Source of the DNA: Candidatus Babeliales bacterium
GTDB taxonomy: Bacteria > Babelota > Babeliae > Babelales > RVW-14
NCBI GenBank assembly: GCA_019746485.1
Contig: JAIERW010000022.1
Location: 3,280-67,279, forward strand
DNA length: 64,000 bases
Reading direction: 5' to 3'
Shown here: positions 18,300-27,553 of the stretch, one piece after another
How the letters are laid out: each line of letters starts with the position of its first letter
Position numbering within the stretch: the stretch's first letter is position 1
Position numbers and translations under genes: made by a program
The notes under the pieces: generated by a model
What the model was told of the DNA's origin: nothing
What the model saw: only the letters and a program-made list of their open reading frames with translations
Database searches by the model: none

Positions 18300-18540
18300 G
18301 ATATAACCTCTTTGGAATATAACCTCTTCGGACAGATTTTTAACTATTTACTCTCTTATTTTATAGAAATATTGCCAGTTTGGCAAATGGGTCAAAGGTG
18401 CCGTTTTTTGAGTTTTGTCCGCTTTATTTAGGCTTATTTTGCCGTTTTATTGGTTTCTGGGTCAATAAATGGCCAGGAGTTAAATTTTTGTCAAATAATC
18501 TCTAATTTTCAAAAAAGGCCCAGTTCTAAAGGCCTTCCGT

Positions 18541-18568
18541 TTGTTTATTGCTAAATTTGTGCTAGAAT
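18541..18568 (+). promoter_or_regulatory. Sigma-70-type promoter candidate for the 18656-22579 gene pair
   Basis: TTGTTT, then a 16-nt spacer, then TGcTAGAAT (extended -10). It lies about 90 nt upstream of the ATG at 18656. Confidence 0.5.
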
Positions 18569-18655
18569 CATACAGTTTTAAAAAACACGATTGTTGTGTA
18601 CGTACGAAAACTAAACAACCAAATCCCGGTTACGGGGACTCATTGGGGGGTCAAA

Positions 18656-20932
18656 ATGGTAAACAAAGTTCGTATCGCCATTGCTATGGCATACTGCATT
18701 ATTTCTGCTCAATCCGTTACGTTTGCTGCTTTTAATTTGGCTGATCTTGACCAAGAAAACGTTGGCCAAAATCATGGCAAAGAAAAGCAGGGCAGCCTTT
18801 CGCTTTCGCTTCATGAATTTATGGACAATGTTAAAGAACTTGATTATTACACCGCCAAAAACCTGGTGCTGGTAATTCCGGGCACTGGGCGTGAAATTGC
18901 AATTGATTGGGGTTTTGGTGGTTCGGGCAGCATGTTCGATCCGTTTCCAACTATTGAACCGCAAGAGCGCCTCATTAAAACCGATGCTCAGCACGAGTCA
19001 TTGGCTGGTCTTGGTTCTGTTTTGCTCAAAAATGAGCTCTACAAACGCAGCAAGAGCATTCCACTCATTAAGTGGCTTGTGGAAAAGAAAGTAACGCCCA
19101 TCAAGCTCTTTACCCTTAAATTGGTGTTGCTCTTTAAAAATGCCTACACAACTGACACCAGCAAAGTAAAAACAGAAGTTATGCGCTTGCTGGTCAGACT
19201 TATGCTTTCTGAAGAGCTTTATAGTTTTGACGAAGAGAAAGCGTTCTCAAGCTATTTGCCAGAAGGTAGCGTAGAAATGCTGCATGGCGTGCTGCCAGGC
19301 TCGGTAGAATTTGTTGATGAATTGTGGCATGAACTTATTACCTCAACGCCGCGCGATGTGGCTGATGATGAGTTGTTAAACGTTTATGCAGTGGTGCTGC
19401 ATAATCAAGATGCAGCAAAGCAGTGTTTGAAAGCATTTAAGCATTATGAAGGTGTTGCATTTGAACAAGATGTTACCAGCTTTCTTCAAGGGCAGGGCGT
19501 AGAGGTTGTTGATTATGTTGATTTATCAAAACTTGGTAACATCAGGCCAATGATTAATGGTCGCGTAATGTTTAGTCCTATCACGCATTTGGCTGCGGTT
19601 ACCTCGTTTGAAAATGTTCACGAAAATAAGAACTTTAAAAAAGAAGTGGGCATAGCGGCTGATGCGTTGCGTACCGGCACGCTGGTGCTGCACGAAAATA
19701 ACGGTGTTTACTGGCTCTTAAGTGCTTCTAACAAACTTGAGCTGGCAGCTACCGCAAAACAAATTACGATCACGCTGGTAAAAGCATTGCGTGCGTATGT
19801 TGCTGCAAAGAAACAATTGTTGAGTGGCACGGGCAAGAAAGCGCGTGCGTATCGCGAAAAGTGTGAAAAATATGAAGCGCAATGTGCGCAGATCAACGAA
19901 TTTTTGGCGCTGAGCGAAGGTCAAGCATCACAACTTCGTTTAAATGCTGTTTTGCAAGCAATTCAAGATGATGCTAAAAATGCGCATCAGTTGGCTTTGA
20001 ACCAGCTTGACCAAGAGATTGCAAAAGTTGAAAAAGAAATAGCTCAAAAAAATGCGCTGATTCAGAAGTTTCAAGTACAAGTTAAACCTGTTGCAATGTC
20101 AGTCTACGGACGTATTTGCCAAGATGTTAAAGCTTTAAATACCGAGCTAGAGCGCTTACAAAGCATGCGTCAAAGCTACGTTCAAGAAGATCCAGCACAA
20201 CTTCTTGAACAAAAAAAGCAAGACTTACAAGATTTGTTGGCGTTGGCGGTTAAAAATGAACAGTCAATGAGCAATGAGCTTGCCGAGTGCATTAGCGATC
20301 TTAAAAAAGAGATTGCGGCTTTTGACCAAGCACAAAAGCATCAATGCACCCTTGAACAAAAGATTGCGTTGCGTGAGCGTGTTGCGTCTGCCTATCAGCA
20401 AGAAGCACACGTGTTGACCGACGGTCTTGAACTTAAAAAGCAAGAAATGGCATGGCTTGCCGGCATTAAGCGTCGGGTTGAAGAACTTAAGTTTGCAAGC
20501 ACGCGTTTGTTAATTGAAAGTTATAGCGCCAACTTGCTCGAGCGCGCACAAAGCATCCGCATTGACAACAAAAAAGCGCGCAAGCTGAGCGAATATCGTG
20601 AAGCGTTGCATGAAGTTGATGCAAAAGATATTCCCGCCAAAGAGTTTGAAAAACTTGAACAGCTTGAACAACGCGTTGGTTATATGTTCGACCGTTCCGG
20701 TTCACGTTTCTTAACGCGTGCTCTTGAGCATCAGTCTGAATGGCAAACCTTCTTACAAGACTTTGATGGTTCGGTTCAGCCTTTTGCAAAAATCAAAAAC
20801 GATGTTTGTGCCAAGCTTGCAACTATCATTAAGCGCTCAGCTCACGTTCAAGAAAACATGCCGGTTTATCGCCAAATGGTTTACCAGTTTCTTCCTGAAT
20901 TTGGCGCCTGGTTTGATCAGATTGTTTATTAA
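18656..20932 (+). CDS. Secreted hypothetical protein with a long Q/E/K/A-rich coiled-coil C-terminal half
   Basis: Start at the ATG preceded by GGGGGG (MVNKVRIAIAMAYCIISAQSVTFAAF, a signal peptide). I recognise no catalytic motif. Confidence 0.75.
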   Translation: MVNKVRIAIAMAYCIISAQSVTFAAFNLADLDQENVGQNHGKEKQGSLSLSLHEFMDNVKELDYYTAKNLVLVIPGTGREIAIDWGFGGSGSMFDPFPTIEPQERLIKTDAQHESLAGLGSVLLKNELYKRSKSIPLIKWLVEKKVTPIKLFTLKLVLLFKNAYTTDTSKVKTEVMRLLVRLMLSEELYSFDEEKAFSSYLPEGSVEMLHGVLPGSVEFVDELWHELITSTPRDVADDELLNVYAVVLHNQDAAKQCLKAFKHYEGVAFEQDVTSFLQGQGVEVVDYVDLSKLGNIRPMINGRVMFSPITHLAAVTSFENVHENKNFKKEVGIAADALRTGTLVLHENNGVYWLLSASNKLELAATAKQITITLVKALRAYVAAKKQLLSGTGKKARAYREKCEKYEAQCAQINEFLALSEGQASQLRLNAVLQAIQDDAKNAHQLALNQLDQEIAKVEKEIAQKNALIQKFQVQVKPVAMSVYGRICQDVKALNTELERLQSMRQSYVQEDPAQLLEQKKQDLQDLLALAVKNEQSMSNELAECISDLKKEIAAFDQAQKHQCTLEQKIALRERVASAYQQEAHVLTDGLELKKQEMAWLAGIKRRVEELKFASTRLLIESYSANLLERAQSIRIDNKKARKLSEYREALHEVDAKDIPAKEFEKLEQLEQRVGYMFDRSGSRFLTRALEHQSEWQTFLQDFDGSVQPFAKIKNDVCAKLATIIKRSAHVQENMPVYRQMVYQFLPEFGAWFDQIVY

Positions 20933-20950
20933 AAAACGAGGTTATTTGTT

Positions 20951-22579
20951 ATGAAGAAGTTAGTTAAAATTGTTTTACTGTGCTGCGTACTAACCGGTGG
21001 TTTGTGGGCAGACATGGACACAGACCTGGAAGCGGCTTACACACAGCTTGAAAATCTTAAACAAGCGCAAGCACCGGCCGACGAAATTGAGCGTGCGCAA
21101 AAAGCGTTTGATGATCTGACCAGCCAGGCGGGCAGTGAGGCGTTGCAGGAACAAGCCTGTCCTCTGGTTCAAGAAATGAGCACCGACGAATTAAAAACCC
21201 GCTTTCTTAAGCTTACTGAATTTGTAAGTTACGATTCCTTGTCGTACGATGACCAACGCGTAATGACGGCGCTTACCAGCCGTATGCGTCAGATTTTTGA
21301 GTTGTTTGGCCGTTCTGAATATCAAAAATTTGCAGTTACCTGGTATGTTGATGCCATGCTGAATGCTCAAGAGCAGGCTTTGTTTATGCTTGAATTTTTG
21401 CGTGTTGGCACATCTGTTTGCCAGGCAGCGGTGGTAGTGATACCGCTTGATGTGCACGAGTATGCTCATGTTGCTCTGGAGGTCTTTAATCAGCTTGTTG
21501 AAGAGGCGTTTGAGAACATTAAGCGTTGTAACGACGATCATGAAACAAAAATAATGCGCCATCCTAACGTTTTAGCATTAGTTTATGCCAGTTTGCCTCA
21601 CCGCTTTAAGTCGACCTGGTGGTTGTTTGATAGATCGGTAGGTGATTTATTGAAAGATGCAGCTTTGTTCTGGTACTTAAGGCCTGAATGTATTCCTGCT
21701 TTGCAGTTTCATGAATGCTATCGAAATTTTTTACTGCAGCCAAAAAAAACCGAAGAAATGTTGCATAAGCTTGAAACAGAAACGTACCGTGCGTACAACA
21801 AAAATCAGTTGCTGAGCAAACGGCTTTTTGAAATCTTGGTGTGTCGACTTAACACTCTAAAAAAAGAGCAGGCTTTGACAGCAAATTTTGCCAGCTCAGA
21901 CCAAAAGGTAGGTTTGCTTATCAAGCACAAGGCACTACTTGAAGACGATGTTTATGCAACGCTTTTTTACGACGCAAAGTTTGGCAAGGTAGTGGGGCAG
22001 TATTACAAAGTGGTTGAAGGTGTTGTGTACGACAATCTGGGCACGGTACAACTGACGTACGAAATTTATGCACTGACCAAAAAATTAACGCGCTTGCAGA
22101 GCCAGCAGAGCTTTGTTTCCAAATATTTTAGCTGCGGTTCCAAAGCAAGCTTTGAAGCTGACTTGATTAACGATATGTTGGCAGTGGTGCAAGATGCTGC
22201 GCTTTTGGTACAAAAAGATGCTAAAAATACCGTCTTGTCTGGCCAGTTGTTTGAACAGGCCAACGGTTTGCTCGACCATCCCATGATCAAGAAAACGCTT
22301 GATCGTTACGTTGGTATGCCGGTTGAAAATATTAAAAAGACCGCGCTCAATGTCGTGGGCGCAGTCAGCCCGCTGGTGGCTCTTGGTATTTTAAAATTGG
22401 TCGCACCGCAGGCCGAACAAGAAATTAAAAAAGAAGCGGCAACGGTTACCGTTGAAGGACCGCATATCGCTTTGTATCTTGAAAAGCACCCAGAGGTTTT
22501 TGAAAAGTTACTTGCGCAGCACTCTGATTTGGTTGAGCGCCTGGCTGATCAGGTAGCGGGAAAATTATCCAGAGCCTAG
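20951..22579 (+). CDS. Secreted or membrane hypothetical protein
   Basis: Signal peptide MKKLVKIVLLCCVLTGGLWA. A C-terminal hydrophobic segment ALNVVGAVSPLVALGILKLVAP. It lies 18 nt downstream of the previous gene with a GAGG RBS. Confidence 0.75.
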   Translation: MKKLVKIVLLCCVLTGGLWADMDTDLEAAYTQLENLKQAQAPADEIERAQKAFDDLTSQAGSEALQEQACPLVQEMSTDELKTRFLKLTEFVSYDSLSYDDQRVMTALTSRMRQIFELFGRSEYQKFAVTWYVDAMLNAQEQALFMLEFLRVGTSVCQAAVVVIPLDVHEYAHVALEVFNQLVEEAFENIKRCNDDHETKIMRHPNVLALVYASLPHRFKSTWWLFDRSVGDLLKDAALFWYLRPECIPALQFHECYRNFLLQPKKTEEMLHKLETETYRAYNKNQLLSKRLFEILVCRLNTLKKEQALTANFASSDQKVGLLIKHKALLEDDVYATLFYDAKFGKVVGQYYKVVEGVVYDNLGTVQLTYEIYALTKKLTRLQSQQSFVSKYFSCGSKASFEADLINDMLAVVQDAALLVQKDAKNTVLSGQLFEQANGLLDHPMIKKTLDRYVGMPVENIKKTALNVVGAVSPLVALGILKLVAPQAEQEIKKEAATVTVEGPHIALYLEKHPEVFEKLLAQHSDLVERLADQVAGKLSRA

Positions 22580-22588
22580 AAAAAATAT

Positions 22589-22644
22589 AAAAACGGTGTA
22601 AGGTAAGCGATAATTAAAGGTTTGCCAGTTAAACCATTTGTTGC
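22589..22644 (+). repeat. Direct repeat copy 1 flanking the Rpn-like nuclease gene
   Basis: AAAACGGTGTAAGGTAAGC..AATTAAAGGT...CCAGTTAAACC.TTTGTTGC recurs at 23627-23683. Confidence 0.8.
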
Positions 22645-22662
22645 TTGCCCAAGGAAAATACC

Positions 22663-23586
22663 ATGAAGTTTCTTGATCCCAAAATCGACCTGGCATTTAA
22701 AAAACTGTTTGGCTCTGAAGATCACAAGCGCGTAACTATTTCATTTCTCAACACCATGCTTGAGTATACTGATGACCAGTGCATCGAAACTATTCAATTC
22801 TTGAATAATGAACAACTGCCGGTGAGTGTCGACAAAAAAGAAAATATCTTGGATATTTTTTGCACTGACCGCAGCGGGCGTAAGTTTATCATCGAAATGC
22901 AAAATGCTTGGATGAGGGCCTTTGGTAGTCGTATTGTTTATTATGGCGCAAAAACGTACACTAACCAGCTGGGCAAAGGAATGCCTTACGATGATTTGAG
23001 CCCCGTAACTGTAGTGGCGATTACTCAGCAATTTGAGGTATTTCCCAATAAACTCAATCATAAATCCATTCATTATCTGGTTGACAGCAAGACGTATGAG
23101 CATGATTTGGATGATTTGACGTTTGTTTTTATTGAGTTGCCTAAATTTACTAAAAAAGAACATGAGCTGGTAACTAACGAGGATAAGTGGTTGTTTTTGC
23201 TCAAAGAAATTGGTTTTTATAATCATATTCCAGGGCCGCTTAATCAGGCTGAATTTGGCGAGGCGTGTCAGCTGCTCAATCAGATTACACTGTCTGATTC
23301 TGAGCAAGCAGCGTACGAAAGAAAACTGATCGATACGCGAGCGCGCGAAGTAAACGATTACCTAGCCATGAATGCTGCTGAATACGCGGAAAGAGCTCGT
23401 CTGGAAGGGCTTGAAAAAGGGATTGAAAAAGGACGAATGGAAGCACAACGGGAAGCAGCAAAAAAAATGCTTGCCCGGGGCTTGGATCTTGAGACAATTG
23501 CAGCCGTAACCTTGTTGGCGGTAGATGAAATTAGTGAATTAAAGAAACTGATTTTTTTGCCGGGTCATTCGACTACTCTGGATTAG
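22663..23586 (+). CDS. Rpn/YhgA-like PD-(D/E)XK recombination-promoting nuclease (putative transposase-like)
   Basis: The N-terminus MKFLDPKIDLAFKKLFGSEDHKRVTISFLNTML...DIFCTD..GRKFIIEMQ is the characteristic signature of this family. The ATG is preceded by AAGGAA. Confidence 0.8.
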   Translation: MKFLDPKIDLAFKKLFGSEDHKRVTISFLNTMLEYTDDQCIETIQFLNNEQLPVSVDKKENILDIFCTDRSGRKFIIEMQNAWMRAFGSRIVYYGAKTYTNQLGKGMPYDDLSPVTVVAITQQFEVFPNKLNHKSIHYLVDSKTYEHDLDDLTFVFIELPKFTKKEHELVTNEDKWLFLLKEIGFYNHIPGPLNQAEFGEACQLLNQITLSDSEQAAYERKLIDTRAREVNDYLAMNAAEYAERARLEGLEKGIEKGRMEAQREAAKKMLARGLDLETIAAVTLLAVDEISELKKLIFLPGHSTTLD

Positions 23587-23626
23587 TTTGCCAAAAACAA
23601 TGGCAAAATAAGCTTAGCAAAACAAA

Positions 23627-23683
23627 AAAAACGGTGTAAGGTAAGCAGCAATTAAAGGTCCGACCAGTTAAACCCTTTGTTGC
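23627..23683 (+). repeat. Direct repeat copy 2, immediately upstream of mraY
   Basis: Same approximately 56-nt sequence as 22589-22644, with a 19-nt identical core and roughly 85% identity overall by eye. Confidence 0.8.
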
Positions 23684-23695
23684 GTACCAAAAGTC

Positions 23696-24760
23696 ATGAT
23701 TTACCACTTGGCCCAAAAATTACAAGCGACGTACACGTTTCTTAATCTCTTTCACTACGTCAGCGTTCGCGCCATTGGCGCTTTTCTTTCTGCCGCACTA
23801 CTTTCATTAGTTTTTGGTGATTGGTTTATAAAAGCCTGTCGCCAGCACTTTGGTGCCAAAGCGCGTGAGTTTACGCCTGAGAGCCATCAAAAGAAAAATA
23901 ATACCCCAACCATGGGCGGACTTTTTATTTTGTTAGTGTTTGTTTTTAACACTTTGCTCTGGAACAAATTAACTAAACCAAACTTGTGGGTTTTTTTGTT
24001 GGGTATAATTGGTTTTGGCTGTATTGGCTTTCTTGATGATTGGCAAAAAATTAAAGCCCACAAGGGTTTGTCGGCCAAAGTTAAATTTTTACTTCAACTG
24101 AGCATGGCCGTGCTGACCATGACCGTGTGGTACGTGTGGGCGCAGCCCAATACCGCCGTGTGCATACCGTTTGTAAAAAATATCGACTTCACGCTTGGCT
24201 GGTTAATTATTCCCTGGGGTGCATTCATAATCATTGCCACCAGCAACGCGGTCAACCTGACCGACGGTCTGGACGGCTTGGCCACCGGCCCACTCATTTT
24301 TAACTTTGCAGCTTTTGCATTAATTGTGTACCTGGCAGGGCACATGGCTTTTTCAGATTATTTATATATTCCGTTTGCCGGCAGCGCAGAAGTAAGTATT
24401 ATTGCTGCCAGTTTGGTGGGCGTGCTGCTGGGCTTTTTGTGGTACAATACGTATCCGGCACAAATATTTATGGGAGACGTGGGTTCTCTGGCGTTAGGCG
24501 CCGGTTTGGCGCTCATGGCACTCATGGCTCGCCAAGAGCTTTTGCTCTTGATTAGCGGCGGAATTTTTGTTTTAGAGACCGTCTCGGTTATTATTCAAGT
24601 GTTGTCATTCAAATTTTTGGGGCGACGGATGTTTCGCATGGCGCCAATCCATCACCACTTTGAGTTGAAGGGTTGGCAAGAAGCAAAAATTACCGTACGA
24701 TTTTGGATTATATCTATTATCTTGTGCGTATTAGCACTGTTGACATTGAAAATTCGATGA
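23696..24760 (+). CDS. mraY: Phospho-N-acetylmuramoyl-pentapeptide transferase
   Basis: Motifs NAVNLTDGLDGLA, MGDVGSLALG and APIHHHFELKGW. About 10 TM segments. Confidence 0.97.
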   Translation: MIYHLAQKLQATYTFLNLFHYVSVRAIGAFLSAALLSLVFGDWFIKACRQHFGAKAREFTPESHQKKNNTPTMGGLFILLVFVFNTLLWNKLTKPNLWVFLLGIIGFGCIGFLDDWQKIKAHKGLSAKVKFLLQLSMAVLTMTVWYVWAQPNTAVCIPFVKNIDFTLGWLIIPWGAFIIIATSNAVNLTDGLDGLATGPLIFNFAAFALIVYLAGHMAFSDYLYIPFAGSAEVSIIAASLVGVLLGFLWYNTYPAQIFMGDVGSLALGAGLALMALMARQELLLLISGGIFVLETVSVIIQVLSFKFLGRRMFRMAPIHHHFELKGWQEAKITVRFWIISIILCVLALLTLKIR

Positions 24761-24854
24761 GCCTGGAAAGTGCTGGCAAAACGCCTAAAACCTGCTAGGC
24801 TTATCCTGATTTAGTAGTTCTATGTTTTTTTGTAAATGAGGTAATTAAAAAAAT

Positions 24855-25889
24855 ATGCCTGAATTAGCCAATAAACTGAGTTTGATAAAACGTGAGTTTA
24901 CCGATGCTCTTGCAACAGTGCAGACCGATAAGCAGATAGAAGATATTCGACTCGATTTTTTGGGTAAAAAAGGCAAGATAACAGCCCTCATGCACGAGCT
25001 CAAAGAATTGTCGGTTGACCAAAAGCGTGAGTTTGGGCCTTTGCTCAACGCACTCAAGCAAGAAGTTGAAGCGGCAATAACCAATGCTAAAGAAGCGCTG
25101 GCCAACCAACAAGCTCAAGTAGCCATACAAAAACAACAATATTTCGACGTGACTGCCGCCAAGCCCAACGTACCACAAGGTTCGCTGCACGTGTATTCAC
25201 GCATTGTTGCTGAAATTGAAGATATTTTTTTGTCGATGGGTTATGAAGTGCTTGATGGCCCAGAGCTTGAAACTGACGAAAACAACTTTACTCATCTAAA
25301 TATTCCCCACGATCATCCTGCGCGTGACATGTACGATACCTTTTGGGTAGATGTACCTGGTCTTTTAATGCGCACGCACACCTCGCCGGTTCAAGTACGT
25401 GCTATGCTTTCGCAAGAGTTGCCATTGGCAGCATTTGTGCCCGGTCGCGTTTATCGGCATGAAGCGGTAGACGCCTCTCATGATTTTATGTTTATGCAGT
25501 GCGAAGGTATTTTGATTGATAAAAATGTTAATCTTTCAAATCTTTTTGCTACTGCACAAGCGTTTTTAAAAGCATTATTTAAAAAAGAAGAATTAGATAT
25601 TCGCATTCGTCCGGGTTTTTTTCCCTTTGTTGAGCCAGGCATAGAAATTGATATGCGCTGCCCTTTTTGCTCGAAAGGGTGCTCTGTGTGTAAAAAATCA
25701 ACCTGGATGGAAGTTTTTCCCGGTGGCATGATACATCCCAATGTCTTACGTTCGTGTGGCATAGACCCTGAAGTTTATTCAGGCTTTGCCTTTGGTTTTG
25801 GGCTGTCGCGTTTGGCAATGTTAAAATATGGCATTGATGACATTCGCTTATTCCACAGCGGAAAGGTTAAATTTTTAGAGCAATTTTAG
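24855..25889 (+). CDS. pheS: Phenylalanine--tRNA ligase alpha subunit
   Basis: Motifs HPARDMYDTFW, RTHTSPVQVR, FPFVEPG and GFAFGFGLSRLAMLKYGI. Confidence 0.96.
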   Translation: MPELANKLSLIKREFTDALATVQTDKQIEDIRLDFLGKKGKITALMHELKELSVDQKREFGPLLNALKQEVEAAITNAKEALANQQAQVAIQKQQYFDVTAAKPNVPQGSLHVYSRIVAEIEDIFLSMGYEVLDGPELETDENNFTHLNIPHDHPARDMYDTFWVDVPGLLMRTHTSPVQVRAMLSQELPLAAFVPGRVYRHEAVDASHDFMFMQCEGILIDKNVNLSNLFATAQAFLKALFKKEELDIRIRPGFFPFVEPGIEIDMRCPFCSKGCSVCKKSTWMEVFPGGMIHPNVLRSCGIDPEVYSGFAFGFGLSRLAMLKYGIDDIRLFHSGKVKFLEQF

Positions 25890-25931
25890 TGACGAGAAAC
25901 TAAAAAAGTGAGTGTGTAAAAGGAGAAGACA

Positions 25932-26861
25932 ATGGGAGTAACAAAAGCCATAATTCCAGCAGGAGGATTGGGCACTAGATTTTTGCCGGCAACAAAAACA
26001 TCTCCCAAGGAAATGTTGCCAATTCTGGACAAGCCGGCTATTCAGTATATTGCCGAAGAGGGCATTCGTTCGGGCATTAAAAATTTTGTTGTGGTAACTG
26101 GCAAAAATAAGAATGTCATTGAAGATCATTTTGATACCAATCCCGAGCTAGAAAATTTCTTATCTGCGCGTGATAAAGGCCACTTGCTTGATGAAATAAA
26201 CAAAGTTGTTAACGCCGCAGATTTTATTTATGTTCGCCAAAAAGAACCACTTGGGTTGGGGCATGCGGTGTGGACTGCTCGTCACGTAATTGGCGACGAG
26301 CCTATGGCCATCTTTTTGCCTGACGACATTATTGCCGGGAATACACCTGCCATGAGCCAGCTTATTCAGGTTGCCATGCAAGAAAAATGTAATGTGGTGG
26401 CGGTACAAGAAGTGCCTATGGACCAAGTTGGTCGTTATGGTATTGTTGCCATTCGTAAGCAGTTTTCTCCCAATCTTTTTCAAGTTAAAGAACTGGTCGA
26501 AAAGCCTTCTATTGCCCAAGCTCCTTCAAACTTGGCCATTGTTGGTCGCTACGTACTTTCGCCAAACATTTTTAAAGCCCTTGAAGAGCAGCGTGTTGGA
26601 GCTGGCGGTGAAATTCAACTAACCGACGCTATTCAAAGTTTGCTCTTTGCTGGTGAAAAAGTGTTTGCTTACAAAGTACAAGGCACTCGGTACGACATTG
26701 GCACGCCGTTGGGTTTACTCAAGGCAAATTTAGATTTTGCTCTTAAACATCCAAAATATTCTGAACAGATTCTTGAGTACTTGCGTAAGTTGGACAAAGA
26801 TTTTGTGGTGATGCAGGGCAAGGCGCAGGCGTTGAGCAAAGGCGCGCAGGCAGCGTTATAA
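25932..26861 (+). CDS. galU: UTP--glucose-1-phosphate uridylyltransferase
   Basis: KAIIPAGGLGTRFLPATKTSPKEMLPILDKPAIQYIAEE, LVEKP and RYDIGTPLG. Confidence 0.95.
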   Translation: MGVTKAIIPAGGLGTRFLPATKTSPKEMLPILDKPAIQYIAEEGIRSGIKNFVVVTGKNKNVIEDHFDTNPELENFLSARDKGHLLDEINKVVNAADFIYVRQKEPLGLGHAVWTARHVIGDEPMAIFLPDDIIAGNTPAMSQLIQVAMQEKCNVVAVQEVPMDQVGRYGIVAIRKQFSPNLFQVKELVEKPSIAQAPSNLAIVGRYVLSPNIFKALEEQRVGAGGEIQLTDAIQSLLFAGEKVFAYKVQGTRYDIGTPLGLLKANLDFALKHPKYSEQILEYLRKLDKDFVVMQGKAQALSKGAQAAL

Positions 26862-26895
26862 TTATTCTTGACCTGTTTCTTGTTAGATTTCTACA

Positions 26896-26935
26896 ATCCG
26901 TTAAAGAATCACTCTTTAACGGATTTTTAATTTTT
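26896..26935 (+). terminator. Intrinsic terminator after galU
   Basis: 11-bp perfect stem ATCCGTTAAAG / CTTTAACGGAT with a 7-nt loop, followed by TTTTAATTTTT. Confidence 0.8.
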
Positions 26936-26946
26936 AGGAGGTTGAT

Positions 26947-27546
26947 TTGAAGAAGTTAGTGTTGGCGTTCAGTTTGTTTTGTTTCTTGTTGAGTTTTCCT
27001 ACACTGTTTTGTGCTGCAGATGATTCGTTTGACGAGTTGTTTTTACCAGAAGTTATTGAGGTTACTTTTGAAGAAAAGCCGGGGCTTATTCCGCCAGACA
27101 GTATTGATCGTGTGCAATTGTGGCCGAGTGCTGAGCGAGAGTTGAGTGATTTTGAAGTCTTAAAAAACTCGCCTCTTCAGGCAGTAAAAAATAACGATAT
27201 CCTCGAGTTGAAAAGAATTTTGCAAGAACCCAGCATGGTTGACCTTGAGGACCGTGAAGAAGTGTTTGGCAAAACAGCGTTGCACATTGCCAGCCAGTTT
27301 TGCTTAACAGAAATAGTTGAGCTTTTGCTCAATGCCGGGGCTTTAGTTAACGTTCAAGACAAGAGTGGTAATACACCGCTTCACTATGCGGCGGGCTGGG
27401 GTTTTGTTGAAATTGTGGCGCTTTTGGTTGAAAAAGGTCAAGCGTGCCAAGACATTACAAATCTCAAAAGAGAAACGCCCGTTATGCTTGCTGTGCGTAA
27501 CGGGCGTTTCTCAGAATTGTGTAACTATCTAAAAATTTATTATTAG
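26947..27546 (+). CDS. Small secreted ankyrin-repeat protein (TTG start)
   Basis: AGGAGG lies 5 nt upstream of the TTG. Signal peptide (M)KKLVLAFSLFCFLLSFPTLFCA. Ankyrin motifs GKTALHIASQFCLTEIVELLLNAGALVNVQDKSGNTPLHYAAGWG. Confidence 0.85.
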   Translation: MKKLVLAFSLFCFLLSFPTLFCAADDSFDELFLPEVIEVTFEEKPGLIPPDSIDRVQLWPSAERELSDFEVLKNSPLQAVKNNDILELKRILQEPSMVDLEDREEVFGKTALHIASQFCLTEIVELLLNAGALVNVQDKSGNTPLHYAAGWGFVEIVALLVEKGQACQDITNLKRETPVMLAVRNGRFSELCNYLKIYY

Positions 27547-27553
27547 CGTTTTT

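Noticed and set aside
18514-18538. The hairpin AAGGCC-n9-GGCCTT in the divergent intergenic region could be a terminator or small RNA.
   Set aside because: The stem is short (6 bp), there is no T-run, and it is located between two divergent promoters with nothing to terminate.
23696-26861. mraY is isolated from other dcw/mur genes, and pheS has no adjacent pheT.
   Set aside because: This is real, but gene-order scrambling of this kind is common in reduced or host-associated genomes. It is not informative without the whole genome.
26877-26906. A TTGACC-18-TACAAT promoter-like sequence directly upstream of the hairpin at 26896-26935 suggested a promoter plus attenuator for the ankyrin gene 26947.
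   Set aside because: The hairpin with its T-run is most simply the galU terminator. The 18-nt spacer and the overlap of the -10 with the stem make the promoter reading weak. It is kept only as a possibility.
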